Positions 32,975-44,897 of a DNA stretch of 64,000 nucleotides are shown here, piece after piece. This DNA is from Cyanidioschyzon merolae (lineage: Eukaryota), in assembly GCA_000091205.1 (NCBI GenBank), contig AP006502.2; one strand, written 5' to 3'. The position numbers and the translations under genes were made by a program. Positions within the stretch are counted from its first letter, which is position 1. Each line of letters opens with the position of its first letter. The notes under the pieces were generated by a model. The model ran no database searches, was not told where the DNA came from, and worked only from the letters and a program-made list of their open reading frames with translations.

Positions 32975-34636
32975 TCAGCGAATCGCGTCGTTCTTATCAC
33001 TGGTCTCCGTTTTGAGGGTTTCGTCAATGCTGAGAATCGTGCATGCAGCCTCCGTTGCCGAAGCAAATGCATTGGCACGAATCAGGACCGGTTCCCAGAC
33101 ATAGTTCTGCCAGCAGTCTTGCGGTTCACCGGTTTCCAGGTTTGCTCCGAACCAGAGATTCTCGTCGCTGGTCGCGTGTTTTGCCCGTAGTTTGTTGAGG
33201 AGGTCAGTGGCGTCAAAACCAGCATTCTCACAGAGTGTGCGGGGTATGGTCTCGAGTGCTTTGCCGTAAGCCGCGAGCAAGAGCTGCGCTTTGCCCTGGA
33301 TATGCCTAGATCGCTCCCGCAGAAACTTGCTGAGCTCCATTTCGACAGCGCCGCCACCAGCCACCAGCTCGGGGTACTTGAGCGTACGTCTGACAATCAT
33401 GATGGCGTCGTGTAGGGAACGCTCGGTTTCATCGAGGAATTGCTCGGATCCGCCGCGGAGTAAAATGGTGGCCGACCGAGCCTCCTTGCATCCAGTGAAA
33501 AAGTTAAAGCGCTCCGCTCCGACCTGCCGCTCTTCGAACCACTCACAGGTACCCAGAGCCTCTTCCACTCGCATATCGTGAACAGTGGTCTGAACGCGGG
33601 CACCGACCGCTCGCGCCACCCGCTGCAGATCGGCATCGGGAACACGACCAGCACAGAAAACTCCGCGATCAGCGAAGTACTGCGTCGCGAGATCGCCAAT
33701 TGCCAGCCGGGAGAGCACAACACGAGCTCCAGTGGCCACTATTTTCTCAAGTTTCTCGTAGATGATATTCCACTCCGCGTCCACGATTTGCTGGTAAGCA
33801 GCAGCGGATTGCACCCGCACCTCCGCATTCTCCTTCTCGGACTTGAGTTCCAGTTCTAAGTTTAACAGCAGAATCTTGGGTTGATGTATCTTCTTCGGCT
33901 GCTGCTCAAAGCCGGCATAGCTGAACGTCTTCTTGAAGCCGACACCCGCGACGAGGCACGAGTCCGTCACACTGCCACCATTGACCTTTTTCACGCCGAT
34001 CATGTCCAGGTCCAGATCATCATCCAGGGCGAGGACTGCATCAACAGCTATACCTGCGAAAAATTCACGGTATTGCGCGATGAGCTTGCTGTTGAGCGCC
34101 GTCCCCGCACAGCGCTGTAGCAGGGCGCGAGCGGCCTCACGTTCTTCTGTGGAAACGCGTTCGGGATCGGCGCGCAGGACCTTCAGTTGACCGCTCACAT
34201 CGACCGCGATCTGCTTCAAGCGCTCCGAGATCATGCGGTGTGCCTCGCGATAAGCGTAGATGATAACGCGTGGGTGCACGCCGTCCTCGAGAAAGCCCTT
34301 CGCCTGACGCAGCAGCTCGCCTGCCAGCAGCACTACCGACGTGGTACCGTCACCGACTTCCTCGTCTTGAGACTTGGCGATGTCAGCTAGCAAACGAGCC
34401 GCAGGATGCACAACTTCGAGCACTCGAAGGATCGTCGCGCCGTCATTCGATATAGTGACCTTGCCGTCGCTCCCCTGGATGAGTTTATCCATGCCTCGCG
34501 GGCCCAGTGTGCTGTGCAACACCTCTACAACCTGCTCGCAGGCGTTGATGTTGGATATGATCTGCCCGATACCTTGTGAAGCGTCCACGTCATCTTTGAG
34601 GATAATGATCGGAGGATAACCAGAAACCTGCGCCAT
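32975..34636 (-). CDS. CCT7: T-complex protein 1 subunit eta (CCT7 chaperonin)
   Basis: Seen: [87 protein letters not shown] and GGGAVE blocks colinear with CCT-eta. The first ATG that fits the conserved N-terminus is at 34636 ([16 protein letters not shown]), 554 aa. Confidence 0.9.
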   Translation of the reverse strand: MAQVSGYPPIIILKDDVDASQGIGQIISNINACEQVVEVLHSTLGPRGMDKLIQGSDGKVTISNDGATILRVLEVVHPAARLLADIAKSQDEEVGDGTTSVVLLAGELLRQAKGFLEDGVHPRVIIYAYREAHRMISERLKQIAVDVSGQLKVLRADPERVSTEEREAARALLQRCAGTALNSKLIAQYREFFAGIAVDAVLALDDDLDLDMIGVKKVNGGSVTDSCLVAGVGFKKTFSYAGFEQQPKKIHQPKILLLNLELELKSEKENAEVRVQSAAAYQQIVDAEWNIIYEKLEKIVATGARVVLSRLAIGDLATQYFADRGVFCAGRVPDADLQRVARAVGARVQTTVHDMRVEEALGTCEWFEERQVGAERFNFFTGCKEARSATILLRGGSEQFLDETERSLHDAIMIVRRTLKYPELVAGGGAVEMELSKFLRERSRHIQGKAQLLLAAYGKALETIPRTLCENAGFDATDLLNKLRAKHATSDENLWFGANLETGEPQDCWQNYVWEPVLIRANAFASATEAACTILSIDETLKTETSDKNDAIR

Positions 34637-35643
34637 GAACGCGAGCCTAACCACAAGCGCGTAACCCCCGTCGACGCCGAAAGCGCAGGCACGGCAGCCG
34701 CGGACGCACTGCGCACCGCCGAAGCGGATGGAACGCGGCACGCGGGCGCGCGTAACACAAGTTCGGTCCAAGGTACTTCGCAGAACTTTTTAACTCCAGG
34801 CGAGTCGCTCTCTTCTCTAGCCGCACCGGTGGGTCTCCTGGTGGCACCCGGACAGCGCTGGGTGTTCCACTGACGCTTGGAGGTGTCTCGTATACAACGA
34901 CAGCGTTACGTGCAGGATTGCTGACGCCGGCGCCTGGGAACTTTGACCACTGCGTCGCGCACGAGTTGTGCGCTATACGGGCGTCTGAGAAAAGTCACGC
35001 GCACCTGTCGCGGTGTAGCTACTGCTAGTTGGTGACGCTAGCCAATAGTGGGTGAAGCGCAAACCGAGTGCGCTACGGGAACGTTTTCGAGCGAGGAATC
35101 AGGGCGTGAACGATTCGGGACACGAGCGTCTTCGGCAGCACGTTGTCGGCCGTGGACAGTGGTCAAAGTACTGAGACTTGACGCAGTCACACGAACTTGC
35201 GTCTGGGGGGATTGCCTCGCGCCCTCCAGTGACACACGAGGGGTTACCACTGCTGTTCGGCAGTGGCCCGCAGTGGTGGACACGCAGCGTGTCCGTTTCC
35301 CGCCAGTGCACGCATCAGCAGAGCGCGCCTGCGTGCTTGTTGGACACGTGTCCAACGATCCGCTTTGCACTGCAGGGGAAGCGCTTGGGGGCTGTGTTCA
35401 GCAGCTGCGGCTGCAGCAACAACAACACCAGCAAGAACAGCGACAACTGCTCAGGCTTCTCTAGGAAGCAGCTGCGAACCAGAACATTTCTCTGTCGAGA
35501 ATCGAAAAGCCTCGTTCACAAGCGTGTGCTTCATTCTTCAGGAAACATCTAGTCCGACATAGGCGCATTTCTTGGCGACACGCGCTATCTTCTGATCGCT
35601 GTTGTCGCACGAGCTAGTATCGTAGAAACTGGTGTTTTCTGCA

Positions 35644-36678
35644 ATGGTGCAGTCGGTAAACCTGGATACGGGGCAAGCGGAGGAATTCGAGTTGAAGCAG
35701 GGGCAGTGCGGTGCCGCACAGGAACCGCTCATACCAATCCGCATCGATGTGCAGTGGAACGATGCCCGTGTTGTCGATGCCTTTCTTTGGAACCAATATG
35801 AAGAACGCCTCACACCGGAGACGTTTGCCCCACACCTGCTCCGGGATCTGCAGCAACCTATGGAGCTTGCAAACGGTGTTGCGTCCGCCATTCGCGAGCA
35901 GATAGAGCAGTACTCTCCCTTTGAACACGAGCTATTCGCGGATCGTTCCGAGTTGCGCCTGCTCTTTACCTTGGATGTGCGAATAGGGAATATCCAGCTA
36001 CAGGATACCTTTGAGTGGGATGCGCTCTCATTCGAAAGCGATCCCGAGCAGTTTTCGCGGATGCTCTGTCGAGAACTGGGCCTTGGAACAGAGTTTAGCA
36101 CCGCCATCGCCCATGCGATTCGTGAACAGTTGCAGGACGTTTGGGCGGGTGTCGCTTACTCCCAAAAAAGCATTCTGGAATCCGTGCATCCGCGTATAAC
36201 GATTCGGGATGGCGAAGATTGGGAGCTTCCGGGTCCCGCGGTGCGCGTGCTCTCCAAGGAGGAACTCGAAGAGGTGGAGCGGCGTGAGGATCGCAGTGCT
36301 CGCGCCATGCGTCGCAGTCAGCGCAAATCCGGGCTGAGCTGGGGCCTGGCCCCAGCGCCAACGCTCCGGGAGCGCTCCGTGGACAGCACTGTGTTTTTCG
36401 GGCCGCGGCAAGCCGTGGCCGAAGAGCGCCCCAAACGGCGTCGCAACCAGAATCCTGTTGACTCTGAGGGTCGGCCCGTCGTAGCCTGCAGCCATTGTGG
36501 TCGACATCCGTCAAAAACGCCTTTAATGCGAGTTGGACCACGTGGTCTCAAGAACGAAATCTGCAATAGTTGTGGCCTGTACTATCGCAAATATGGAGAG
36601 CTTCCCACGCATTATAAGGGCTATCCCATTGGGCCTGGGTATCCGCCACCTCCTGGAAGTCAGGAACATGATGCATAA
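35644..36678 (+). CDS. SNF5/INI1 (SMARCB1/Sfh1-type SWI/SNF core subunit) with a C-terminal GATA-like zinc finger
   Basis: Seen: SNF5 repeat blocks LIPIRIDVQWNDARVVDAFLWN and LRLLFTLDVRIGNIQLQDTFEWD, then at the C-terminus CSHCGRHPSKTPLMRVGPRGLKNEICNSCGLYYRKYG (C-X2-C-X21-C-X2-C with a TPL.R.GP...CN.CGLYY.K GATA signature). The ATG is at 35644; the ORF track start at 35632 is GTG. Confidence 0.8.
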   Translation: MVQSVNLDTGQAEEFELKQGQCGAAQEPLIPIRIDVQWNDARVVDAFLWNQYEERLTPETFAPHLLRDLQQPMELANGVASAIREQIEQYSPFEHELFADRSELRLLFTLDVRIGNIQLQDTFEWDALSFESDPEQFSRMLCRELGLGTEFSTAIAHAIREQLQDVWAGVAYSQKSILESVHPRITIRDGEDWELPGPAVRVLSKEELEEVERREDRSARAMRRSQRKSGLSWGLAPAPTLRERSVDSTVFFGPRQAVAEERPKRRRNQNPVDSEGRPVVACSHCGRHPSKTPLMRVGPRGLKNEICNSCGLYYRKYGELPTHYKGYPIGPGYPPPPGSQEHDA

Positions 36679-37950
36679 GGATTCGTCCACACACGAGATA
36701 AGGAGGAGGTGCGAGCGGCACCAAGAACGGCAGCATCGTCGCATTCGACTTGTCCCGGGCGTAGCGCTGGCGCCTTTAGCCCCAGTTGATGCTGCCATTT
36801 TCGAATGCATCGTAGCGCGTATGTCGTCGCCCCGTCAGATGCACGAAAGTATTTGGCAATTGTGTCGCGGTCTGCGCTAGACAGGCGTTTTGGAATCCTA
36901 TGTTTTCAGAACCGCACATGCGCCATGATATCATACGAAGCGCGTATGGCATCGCCACCGATGGTCACAATCCGCAGATGCTGGTGCTAACCTGAAACGA
37001 CGGCGAGTGCTGCGTTCCGGAGACAACGTGTGCCTGCGTGCCTCGCCTCGGTGCGCGGCGTAGCTGCCGGGCTCACTCTGAGCGCCCCATACAGCTCGAG
37101 GAGATGCTGCGAATTGTGTGTCAGTACCGGCTCGTCGTTTTCCTCGTCCGATATCCGCGCTAATTGCTGTGTGCGAATGATACGCTTTAGCTAGTACCGC
37201 TATGCGATAGCCGCTAGCAGCCCAAGACCTGGGAGGCCCAGCGACCTTGCCATCGCCCAGTTCACGCGCATCCGCCAACCATTCCTGGCATGGCGGATGT
37301 GTCTTCCGAATCTGTGTGCCTCGGCCGAAACGGAGGCTTGTATGCATCCATTCCCGAAAAGAAGTTCGGCGAGCCGTGTGCGTCCTCCGGAATTTCGTGT
37401 GGCGATACGTCGACCCGGACTTTGCCCTGTGCTAGATCCATCGGCGGGGGTGGGCTCCATTGCGGGGATGCGCTCTAAAGCCTGCGCATCGGCGCGCAAG
37501 TACCCGGTTGCACGAAAGCGCTTCCCTCAGGTTTCCAGGTGTCACCAGACGCTGTCCTTCGGCTCGCGAATAGGTCCACGCGGACCTGGAATCGCCCTGA
37601 TCGCGCTGCTGGCTTAAGAACGGACGCTAGACGCACATGTACGCTTGAAACTGGGCGCTCGCCAACGGTCCAACGCTTGACCAGAGTCGAGACGAGTGCG
37701 ACCCTAGAAAGGTCCAGAAGACGTCGGTGATTCTGACGGTTTTTGCGCAAATGCATACGGCTCGAGCTAGGCGCCGTTGTTTCCGAACGCGCACACCTAC
37801 GCACAGCGTTCGCTCAGCTGCAGCCGGGCACCGAATCGCGACAACGCCTACGATCCGCCTAGATCCATCGTAATCATGCCGATAGACGGAAGCAATGGCC
37901 GCTTGCCGTGTCTGCTGGTGGCTGCATGCGATGCAGGTACGCTCTAGGCG

Positions 37951-39390
37951 TCACCGGGGCGCTGGTTTCACCGCTCGTAACGCACCAATCACGAATAGGT
38001 TTCGACGAAACCCGCGTATCATCCAACGGATGGCGAGCGCGCTACGAATGACTGGCCAACCGCCTTCAACTAGTCCTAGAAGCGCTTTTCGCTGTAAGGC
38101 GCTGCGCGCAACAGCCGGCCAAAAAGGCAGGGTAGCGCGTGTCCAATCCGCCGTCTCGATATCCACAAGGCCGCATTGCCAGGCATAATTTTCGAACTCA
38201 TCCAGAGTGCATAGAAACGGGATGCAGTAGTACGCACATACCTTGCGATAGATGCGTCGGTCAGCGTCCGTAAACGGAGGCGGACACCGCCGATGACACC
38301 AGGCCGTCATGGCGAGTATGCCGCCGGGTCGCAGCACGCGAGCACATTCCTCCATGAAACGGAACTTGTTCGGCATGTGCTCGGCACTCTCCATACTCCA
38401 GATGACATCGAAAGCGTTGTCTGGAAACGGGAGCGCCAGCGCGTCCGCCACAACGGTCTCGACGCGATCCTCCAAGCGCAGCTGTCGGGTGAGCACCTGC
38501 GCTCGCGAGGCCTGAACCGGGCTCAGGGTGACACCGGTGACGTGCACATCAGCACCGTAGCGCAGTGCAATATACCGCGAAGCACCACCAATGCCACATC
38601 CCACATCCAGCACACGAAGACGTCGATGACCGGCTCCAATGGCGGAGCGGATGGACGCATCCACGCCACTGTAGTGGAGTAAGCGGTCCATCATGTCGAT
38701 CTGGGCTTGGCGATCGTCCTTGCCATCCCGAGTGCCGTCGACGTTGTAAAAGCCGTGATGCATGTGTTCGCCCCATACTTGCTCCCACAGCTCCGACTGG
38801 AGATCGTAGAAGGTCGCGATGCGCTGGGCGAGGCCAGCACTCTCGGTGGCTTTTGTTTCGTCACCGGGGAGGCGCCACTGTGGCCCTGCTGCTGCAGGCG
38901 TCGTATCTAGTCCTAGCGCCTTCCTCTTGAGCAGGTATTCGGTACGTCGTCTCGCCATTATGAAACGGTAGAGCGTTGCGATGGCCAGTATGGTGATCGC
39001 AGCGATGGACAGTGCGCGGCCTGGGTGCACTCTGAGCCGTTCACGTGCGTTCTGTGTCCATGTCGAGAGGGTGTTCCAGGAGAGGCGCTCGTTGATTGTG
39101 CGCTCAGTCGCGGGGACTCGTACGCTGGCCCGATTCGCGGTGGAAAGAACTGACTGCGCAACGAGCTCAGTTTGCAAAAGCGGAGCGCCATACTCTACAG
39201 CGGAAACGCAGGAACTGCGGCGTTGCGCATAGCCGGCGAGACGTGTTATCCGCCGGTGATTCCAGCAGCGCAGTCTGTGCGTTGCGAATCGAGAAAGCCG
39301 ATCGTCCGTGAAGCGAAGCAAACCGCCACGTTTGCCCGGTGCGTGTGACTTGGGCACCGCCCAAGCGTGCGCGAACGCCAGTTGATGCAT
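37951..39390 (-). CDS. SAM-dependent methyltransferase of the gamma-tocopherol / MPBQ methyltransferase (VTE4-like) family, with an N-terminal extension containing a hydrophobic helix
   Basis: Seen: WEQVWGEHMHHGFY and the SAM motif I LRVLDVGCGIGGASRYIA, plus post-I and II blocks. The 479-aa ORF has a predicted TM segment ALSIAAITILAIATLYRFIMA upstream of the MT domain. The ATG at 39390 was verified; the true start could be downstream. Confidence 0.7.
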   Translation of the reverse strand: MHQLAFAHAWAVPKSHAPGKRGGLLRFTDDRLSRFATHRLRCWNHRRITRLAGYAQRRSSCVSAVEYGAPLLQTELVAQSVLSTANRASVRVPATERTINERLSWNTLSTWTQNARERLRVHPGRALSIAAITILAIATLYRFIMARRRTEYLLKRKALGLDTTPAAAGPQWRLPGDETKATESAGLAQRIATFYDLQSELWEQVWGEHMHHGFYNVDGTRDGKDDRQAQIDMMDRLLHYSGVDASIRSAIGAGHRRLRVLDVGCGIGGASRYIALRYGADVHVTGVTLSPVQASRAQVLTRQLRLEDRVETVVADALALPFPDNAFDVIWSMESAEHMPNKFRFMEECARVLRPGGILAMTAWCHRRCPPPFTDADRRIYRKVCAYYCIPFLCTLDEFENYAWQCGLVDIETADWTRATLPFWPAVARSALQRKALLGLVEGGWPVIRSALAIRWMIRGFRRNLFVIGALRAVKPAPR

Positions 39391-41468
39391 GAAAGAGGGC
39401 GCTCAGACACTGGCGGTCGTTCGAGCGGACGTGCAGTCTGGGACTATGCACGGCAACGCTCGTAGGTGACAGCGGTGCAGCGTGTGACTCGCCTTTGCGT
39501 CGTTTGATTCGGAGCTAGAATGTTTGCGTGTGGGTGCCAAGTTGTGCGAAAGATCCGATCACGTCCTCAGATATCGAATACGACACTTGCTGGCGTTCTG
39601 CAGCGTAACCGCACGCTCGGTGCTGGCGCAGCAGCCGACGCTTCTAGCGGTGGCGCACCAGCCACGGGTCGCTGCCAGGCGGAGGCGGGCCCCCATCGCC
39701 AGGGAGAGCGAGTCCACATAAGCTCGATTTTGTCTATAATGTTATGTTTGTTCAGGTTCTAATCTGATCTGCATGCACAATGGAGTGCTGAGCTGCACGC
39801 TCCATGCATGCCTGGCGATGTAGTTCCGAACGCTTCTAGGTGTCCAGCATCGAGAGCCCAGGTACAGCAATGGGGGATCACGGATTCCTTCGTACTTCTA
39901 GGATGATCGGTGGTCTGGTCGCGGGGGTCTCTTCGACGCCCGGCTGCTGGATTTCCTGGCGTCACCGATATCAAGATGCTTCACGACGCTTTCGTACGTG
40001 TGTTCGTCAACCAACCGATACAGTGACACCATGATACAGTTCATTCGCACGTATCTCGACTCTTCTCCATTTCTGACATGCAGTATGTTTAAATCACGAA
40101 ATCTCTACATGATCGATCTTATCTTTTGGGGCTCAAGACAACTCGTGTGCGCACTGCGAGTCGTTCAGCGGGGCCCGCAACGCGAGAAACCCCGACGTGT
40201 CGTCCTCTGACGCATTGTTCACGAGCGCTTGCTGAACGTCCACTGGCCTTGTCACGTCAAATGATCGATTGATTTCGGGAAACAAATCCTCCTTTCGTGA
40301 TGACCAATGAAGAACCGACATTCAGTACCAGCGTGATGCTTCTCAGGGCGCGATGGTGCTGCTGGTGCTGGTGCTGCTGCCAGAAGCGCTCGTCTCTCCT
40401 GTTTTCGCATGGAAAAGGGTACTGGACGCGGACTGGGGTCATCGCAGCACTCGGTACCAGTAGGGCATGCGCCACCGCTACGTACGAGACAAGCGTCCAC
40501 GGATCGGAGTCTATCGGCTTGTTCTTCGGTTTGAACGTACGTTTCTGTACACGTTTCATGGCGGACTAGACCGCATTCCATAACTCCTCCGCCGAATGGA
40601 ACAGCGTGTGCTTGCACCCACAGCCGACAGAATACTCGCTGAGGATATCGCTCAGCTGAAGCGCATGATCCCAGTGTAACGTACGGGGCTCGGGAACGGA
40701 AGCGAGCGCCTCGCTGGCTGTTTCCAGTATGCGTCAAGGGCATCCACCGAGTGATGCCGCGAGCGTTCACGCGCTGCAGGACAGCTCGCGGGGGCAGCGT
40801 TGTCGAGGACGTATTCGATCACCTGCTGACCACAGCCGAGTGTCACTGGTGTGAAGGACGCACTCAGCTTGTGTACGAAGAAGACATGGGAACTGTGACT
40901 TGCGTCTATGCATGCAATACGTGAAAAACTGCAGGACGCTGTGAACTCGGGACTTGAGCGCTACCGTCATCACCCCTTGACTGCTGAAAACGATTTTAGA
41001 GGACAAGAGACGTCCAAGGTATCGCAATCCGCTCGTAAGAGAACGGTGAAGAATCTATTTACAGAGCAAATCCCTCAAATACCTATATTGTCCACAATCG
41101 AAAATCGCGATCCTTTATTGTACACGTCCTTGTTACTCAGTTGCACTTGTTTCGTGCGCCCACCCCGCCGCCCCGCAAACTCCAGGTCACCCCAAAGCAC
41201 CCACACATACGACTACAAAGCCTTGCATTAGCCCCCCAGCCTCGTGTTCTCGATGCATCGCGCGTGCGGTCTGCGGCGCGCCGCGTTGCAACGGCTCTCG
41301 CTGCGACGCATCCTCCATTGCAACGCTGCTCAGCTCCCGTACGCTTCTTCGACGCGTATAGGGACCAGGTTTGCACTAGGACTCGTTCCTCGCTAGCCTG
41401 GATAGGGCAGCGGAAACTGAAAGGGTTTCAGCCTCTCGCTTGAAAGACGAGTCATTACGATCGTGCTG

Positions 41469-44024
41469 ATGCCTTTAGCGGCCTTGGGGCAACGCGCAGC
41501 GCTTTTCGCAACTTCAGCAACGACGACACGTAGTCTGTTGGGCAGGTTACGGGAGTCGGGTCCGCAGGATCATCGTTTCGTTTCCACGAGCACACGCTTG
41601 GTCCACCAGTCATCGCAAACGTTCGGTGCAAGGCGGGCTACTTTGCAGCAGCTCGCTCTATTCAAGGCGGTCGGCACTGGGGGGTCGTACGGCGTCCCTG
41701 GCGGCAAGCAGACGCTGAAACGGCAGCTGCACGCGTCCACACCCATGGCCAAGGTGCCGCTTTCACGCTATGAACCGGATACGAGTCTCGAAGAGGTCTA
41801 TGAGCGCATTCGCCAGAATGTCGCGGTGGTTCGGAAACGTCTCGATCGGCCGCTTACGTTGGCGGAGAAGATCCTGTACGGACACCTGTCGAATCCGGAA
41901 ACAGCAGAGCTCGTTCGCGGCAAGTCCTATTTACACTTGCATCCGGATAGAGTGGCGATGCAGGATGCAACAGCACAAATGGCAACGCTGCAGTTCATGT
42001 CGGCGGGGATTTCGCGCACCCAGGCACCAACCACCATCCATTGCGATCATTTGATTACCGCCCAGAGTGGGGCCAAGGAGGATCTCGAACGAGCAGTTCA
42101 GCAGAATCGTGAAGTGTACGACTTTCTGTCAACAGCGGCCGCCAAGTATGGCATGGGTTTTTGGAAACCGGGTTCTGGTATCATTCATCAGATCATACTG
42201 GAGAACTATGCTTTCCCGGGCGGGCTTATGATCGGTACCGACTCGCACACGCCGAATGCCGGCGGTTTAGGGATGGCGGCTATCGGTGTCGGGGGCGCCG
42301 ACGCTGTGGACGTTATGGTTGGGCTCCCGTGGGAACTCAAGGCACCGCGGGTCATCGGCGTGCGCCTCACTGGCAAACTCCACGACTGGACTGCTCCGAA
42401 AGACGTTATTCTCAAGGTTGCGGGAATCCTTACGGTCAAGGGCGGCACCGGCAGCATCATCGAATACTTTGGCCCCGGTGTCGATTCGATTTCCTGCACG
42501 GGCATGGGTACCATATGCAACATGGGTGCCGAAATCGGTGCGACAACCTCGATTTTTCCCTACAGCAAAAGAATGGAGGCGTATCTGAAAGCCACTCGTC
42601 GTGACGCGATCGCGGAACTGGCCAACAAGTACGTCGACCTGCTGCGCGCCGACGAGAACGCAGTCTACGATCGTCTGATAGAAATCAACCTGAGCGAGTT
42701 GGAGCCGCATGTGAACGGTCCCTTCACACCCGACTTGGCGCATCCGTTGAGCAAGCTCAAGGACGCTGTCAAGCAAAACGATTGGCCTGCTGAGATCCGG
42801 GTCAGCCTGATAGGCTCGTGCACCAACTCATCCTATGAGGACATGATGCGAGCGGCTTCGGTCTGCAAGCAGGCAATCGATCACGGTGTCAAGGCGAAGA
42901 CGATTTTCCATATCACTCCGGGCTCAGAGCAAGTTCGTTCGACGATTGAGCGCGACGGTATGATACAGCTGTTTGAAGCGATCGGTGGTGTTGTTCTCGC
43001 GAATGCATGCGGGCCCTGTATCGGCCAATGGAATCGACAGGATGTACCAAAGGGCGTCAAAAACACCATTATCACTTCGTATAATCGCAACTTTGCGCAG
43101 CGCAATGACGGGAATCCGCTTACACATGCGTTCATGGCGAGCCCGGAAATCGTGACTGCGTTTGCGCTCTCCGGACGACTCGATTTCAATCCGGTTACGG
43201 ATGTGCTGACGGATCAGTCAGGAAAGCCGTTCAAACTGCAGAGTCCAAGCGGGGATGAGTTGCCGGCTCGCGGCTTTGACCCCGGACGGGACACGTTCCA
43301 GGCACCTCCGGGGGACGGCTCGAGCGTCGCTGTTCGCATTGATCCGCAAAGCGAACGGTTGCAACAGCTGGAAGCGTTCCCGGCTTGGAACGGCAAAGAT
43401 ATCGAACGGGCGTTCATTCTCCTCAAGGTCAAGGGCAAGTGCACCACGGATCATATCTCCATGGCGGGGCCGTGGCTCAAATACCGCGGCCATCTGGACA
43501 ACATTTCGAACAATCTCTTCATTGGAGCTATCAATGCGGAAAACGGCAAAGCGAACCTCGTGAAGAACCAACTCAACGGTGAGTATGGCCCGGTGCCCGC
43601 AACTGCTCGGGCCTACAAGCAAGCCGGCATTCCGTGGGTCGTGGTCGGCGACGAAAACTACGGCGAGGGGAGCTCGCGGGAGCACGCCGCCCTGGAGCCC
43701 CGCTATCTCGGTGGAGTCGCGATCATCGCGAAAAGCTTTGCACGTATCCATGAGACCAACCTGAAGAAACAGGGTATGCTGCCGCTTACGTTCCAGGACC
43801 CCGCGGACTATGACAAGATCGACCCTTCTGATCGGGTCAGTATCCTCGGACTGACCAAGTTCCGTCCAGATGAACCGTTAACGTTACGCGTTGAAAAGGC
43901 GGATGGGTCGCAGCTTGAGCTCAAAGTCAACCATTCGTTCAACGAGGCTCAGATCGAATGGTTCCGTCACGGTAGCGCCTTGAACAAGATTCGGGCGGAC
44001 CTGGTAGCAGCCGGCAAAGCCTGA
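41469..44024 (+). CDS. ACO2: aconitate hydratase, mitochondrial type, with an N-terminal presequence
   Basis: Seen: [74 protein letters not shown], the Cys ligands [10 protein letters not shown] and [10 protein letters not shown], and [12 protein letters not shown]. The first ATG is at 41469 ([27 protein letters not shown], Arg/Ser-rich). Confidence 0.92.
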   Translation: MPLAALGQRAALFATSATTTRSLLGRLRESGPQDHRFVSTSTRLVHQSSQTFGARRATLQQLALFKAVGTGGSYGVPGGKQTLKRQLHASTPMAKVPLSRYEPDTSLEEVYERIRQNVAVVRKRLDRPLTLAEKILYGHLSNPETAELVRGKSYLHLHPDRVAMQDATAQMATLQFMSAGISRTQAPTTIHCDHLITAQSGAKEDLERAVQQNREVYDFLSTAAAKYGMGFWKPGSGIIHQIILENYAFPGGLMIGTDSHTPNAGGLGMAAIGVGGADAVDVMVGLPWELKAPRVIGVRLTGKLHDWTAPKDVILKVAGILTVKGGTGSIIEYFGPGVDSISCTGMGTICNMGAEIGATTSIFPYSKRMEAYLKATRRDAIAELANKYVDLLRADENAVYDRLIEINLSELEPHVNGPFTPDLAHPLSKLKDAVKQNDWPAEIRVSLIGSCTNSSYEDMMRAASVCKQAIDHGVKAKTIFHITPGSEQVRSTIERDGMIQLFEAIGGVVLANACGPCIGQWNRQDVPKGVKNTIITSYNRNFAQRNDGNPLTHAFMASPEIVTAFALSGRLDFNPVTDVLTDQSGKPFKLQSPSGDELPARGFDPGRDTFQAPPGDGSSVAVRIDPQSERLQQLEAFPAWNGKDIERAFILLKVKGKCTTDHISMAGPWLKYRGHLDNISNNLFIGAINAENGKANLVKNQLNGEYGPVPATARAYKQAGIPWVVVGDENYGEGSSREHAALEPRYLGGVAIIAKSFARIHETNLKKQGMLPLTFQDPADYDKIDPSDRVSILGLTKFRPDEPLTLRVEKADGSQLELKVNHSFNEAQIEWFRHGSALNKIRADLVAAGKA

Positions 44025-44897
44025 GCACCGACCGACCGACCGCCCTCGCGGTCCGCTTCCCCAGTGCAGCGCTTTTGCCAGCAGCAGTGCATTGGTTTCC
44101 CCTGATAGTGAGATTCACGACGTACTACCGTTTAAACAGAAAGGAAAGGCGTTTTCTTCTCACGACAATGCGTTACTAGAAACCGCATGCTCAGACGAGC
44201 GGTGAACGTCGGCGCCCCGTAACCTACTCGGTACGAACCGCATCCCGAGGTAATCCAGGGTCATTCGCCTCTTGTCTACAGACAGGCCAGGAGGTCGCAG
44301 CGCGACTCGGGCACGGCGCGGCGGCATAGACGGGTGGTTTCGAAACGCCGCCCGGTCTCGAGCACGCTCACGCCCATGCACCGCGTTCAGGGAGCGCGTT
44401 GCTCAAAGACCGGCACCTGATGCCCCTGGTACAGCTATAGGCGCCGCTGTTCAGTGGCTGATACAATCCAGTCAAAGTCGGCGTGGCGAAATCGGCACTG
44501 TTTCGCATAGCGAGCTGGATCCGAGCACTAGCGGCACCAGCTCCTGCAGTCTGCCGCGCAGCGTGAACGTCGCGCGCGCGACAACAGGCAGGTGCTGCTG
44601 GAGGAGATGCGGCGGGATTCCCCCCGGGGTTGCGTGTCGCTGGACACAGAGCAGCGGGCGGCGCGCTTGTCTCCGTACGCAGCGTCATCGTCTGGGGCGA
44701 GCGGGGCACCAGGCGGGTATTTCGCCAACGTATGCGGTTCCGTTCGCTGCACCAGATATGCATACAAGTCATTGCGGCCTGATGCACGCCACAAAAACGC
44801 GACCCAGCAGTCAGCACTTGCCGCCACAGCTGCTTCGGTGTACGCCACCGCGCCCCTGTCGACCAGAGACGCACCCCCACGTGCCTACGCAAGTCGT

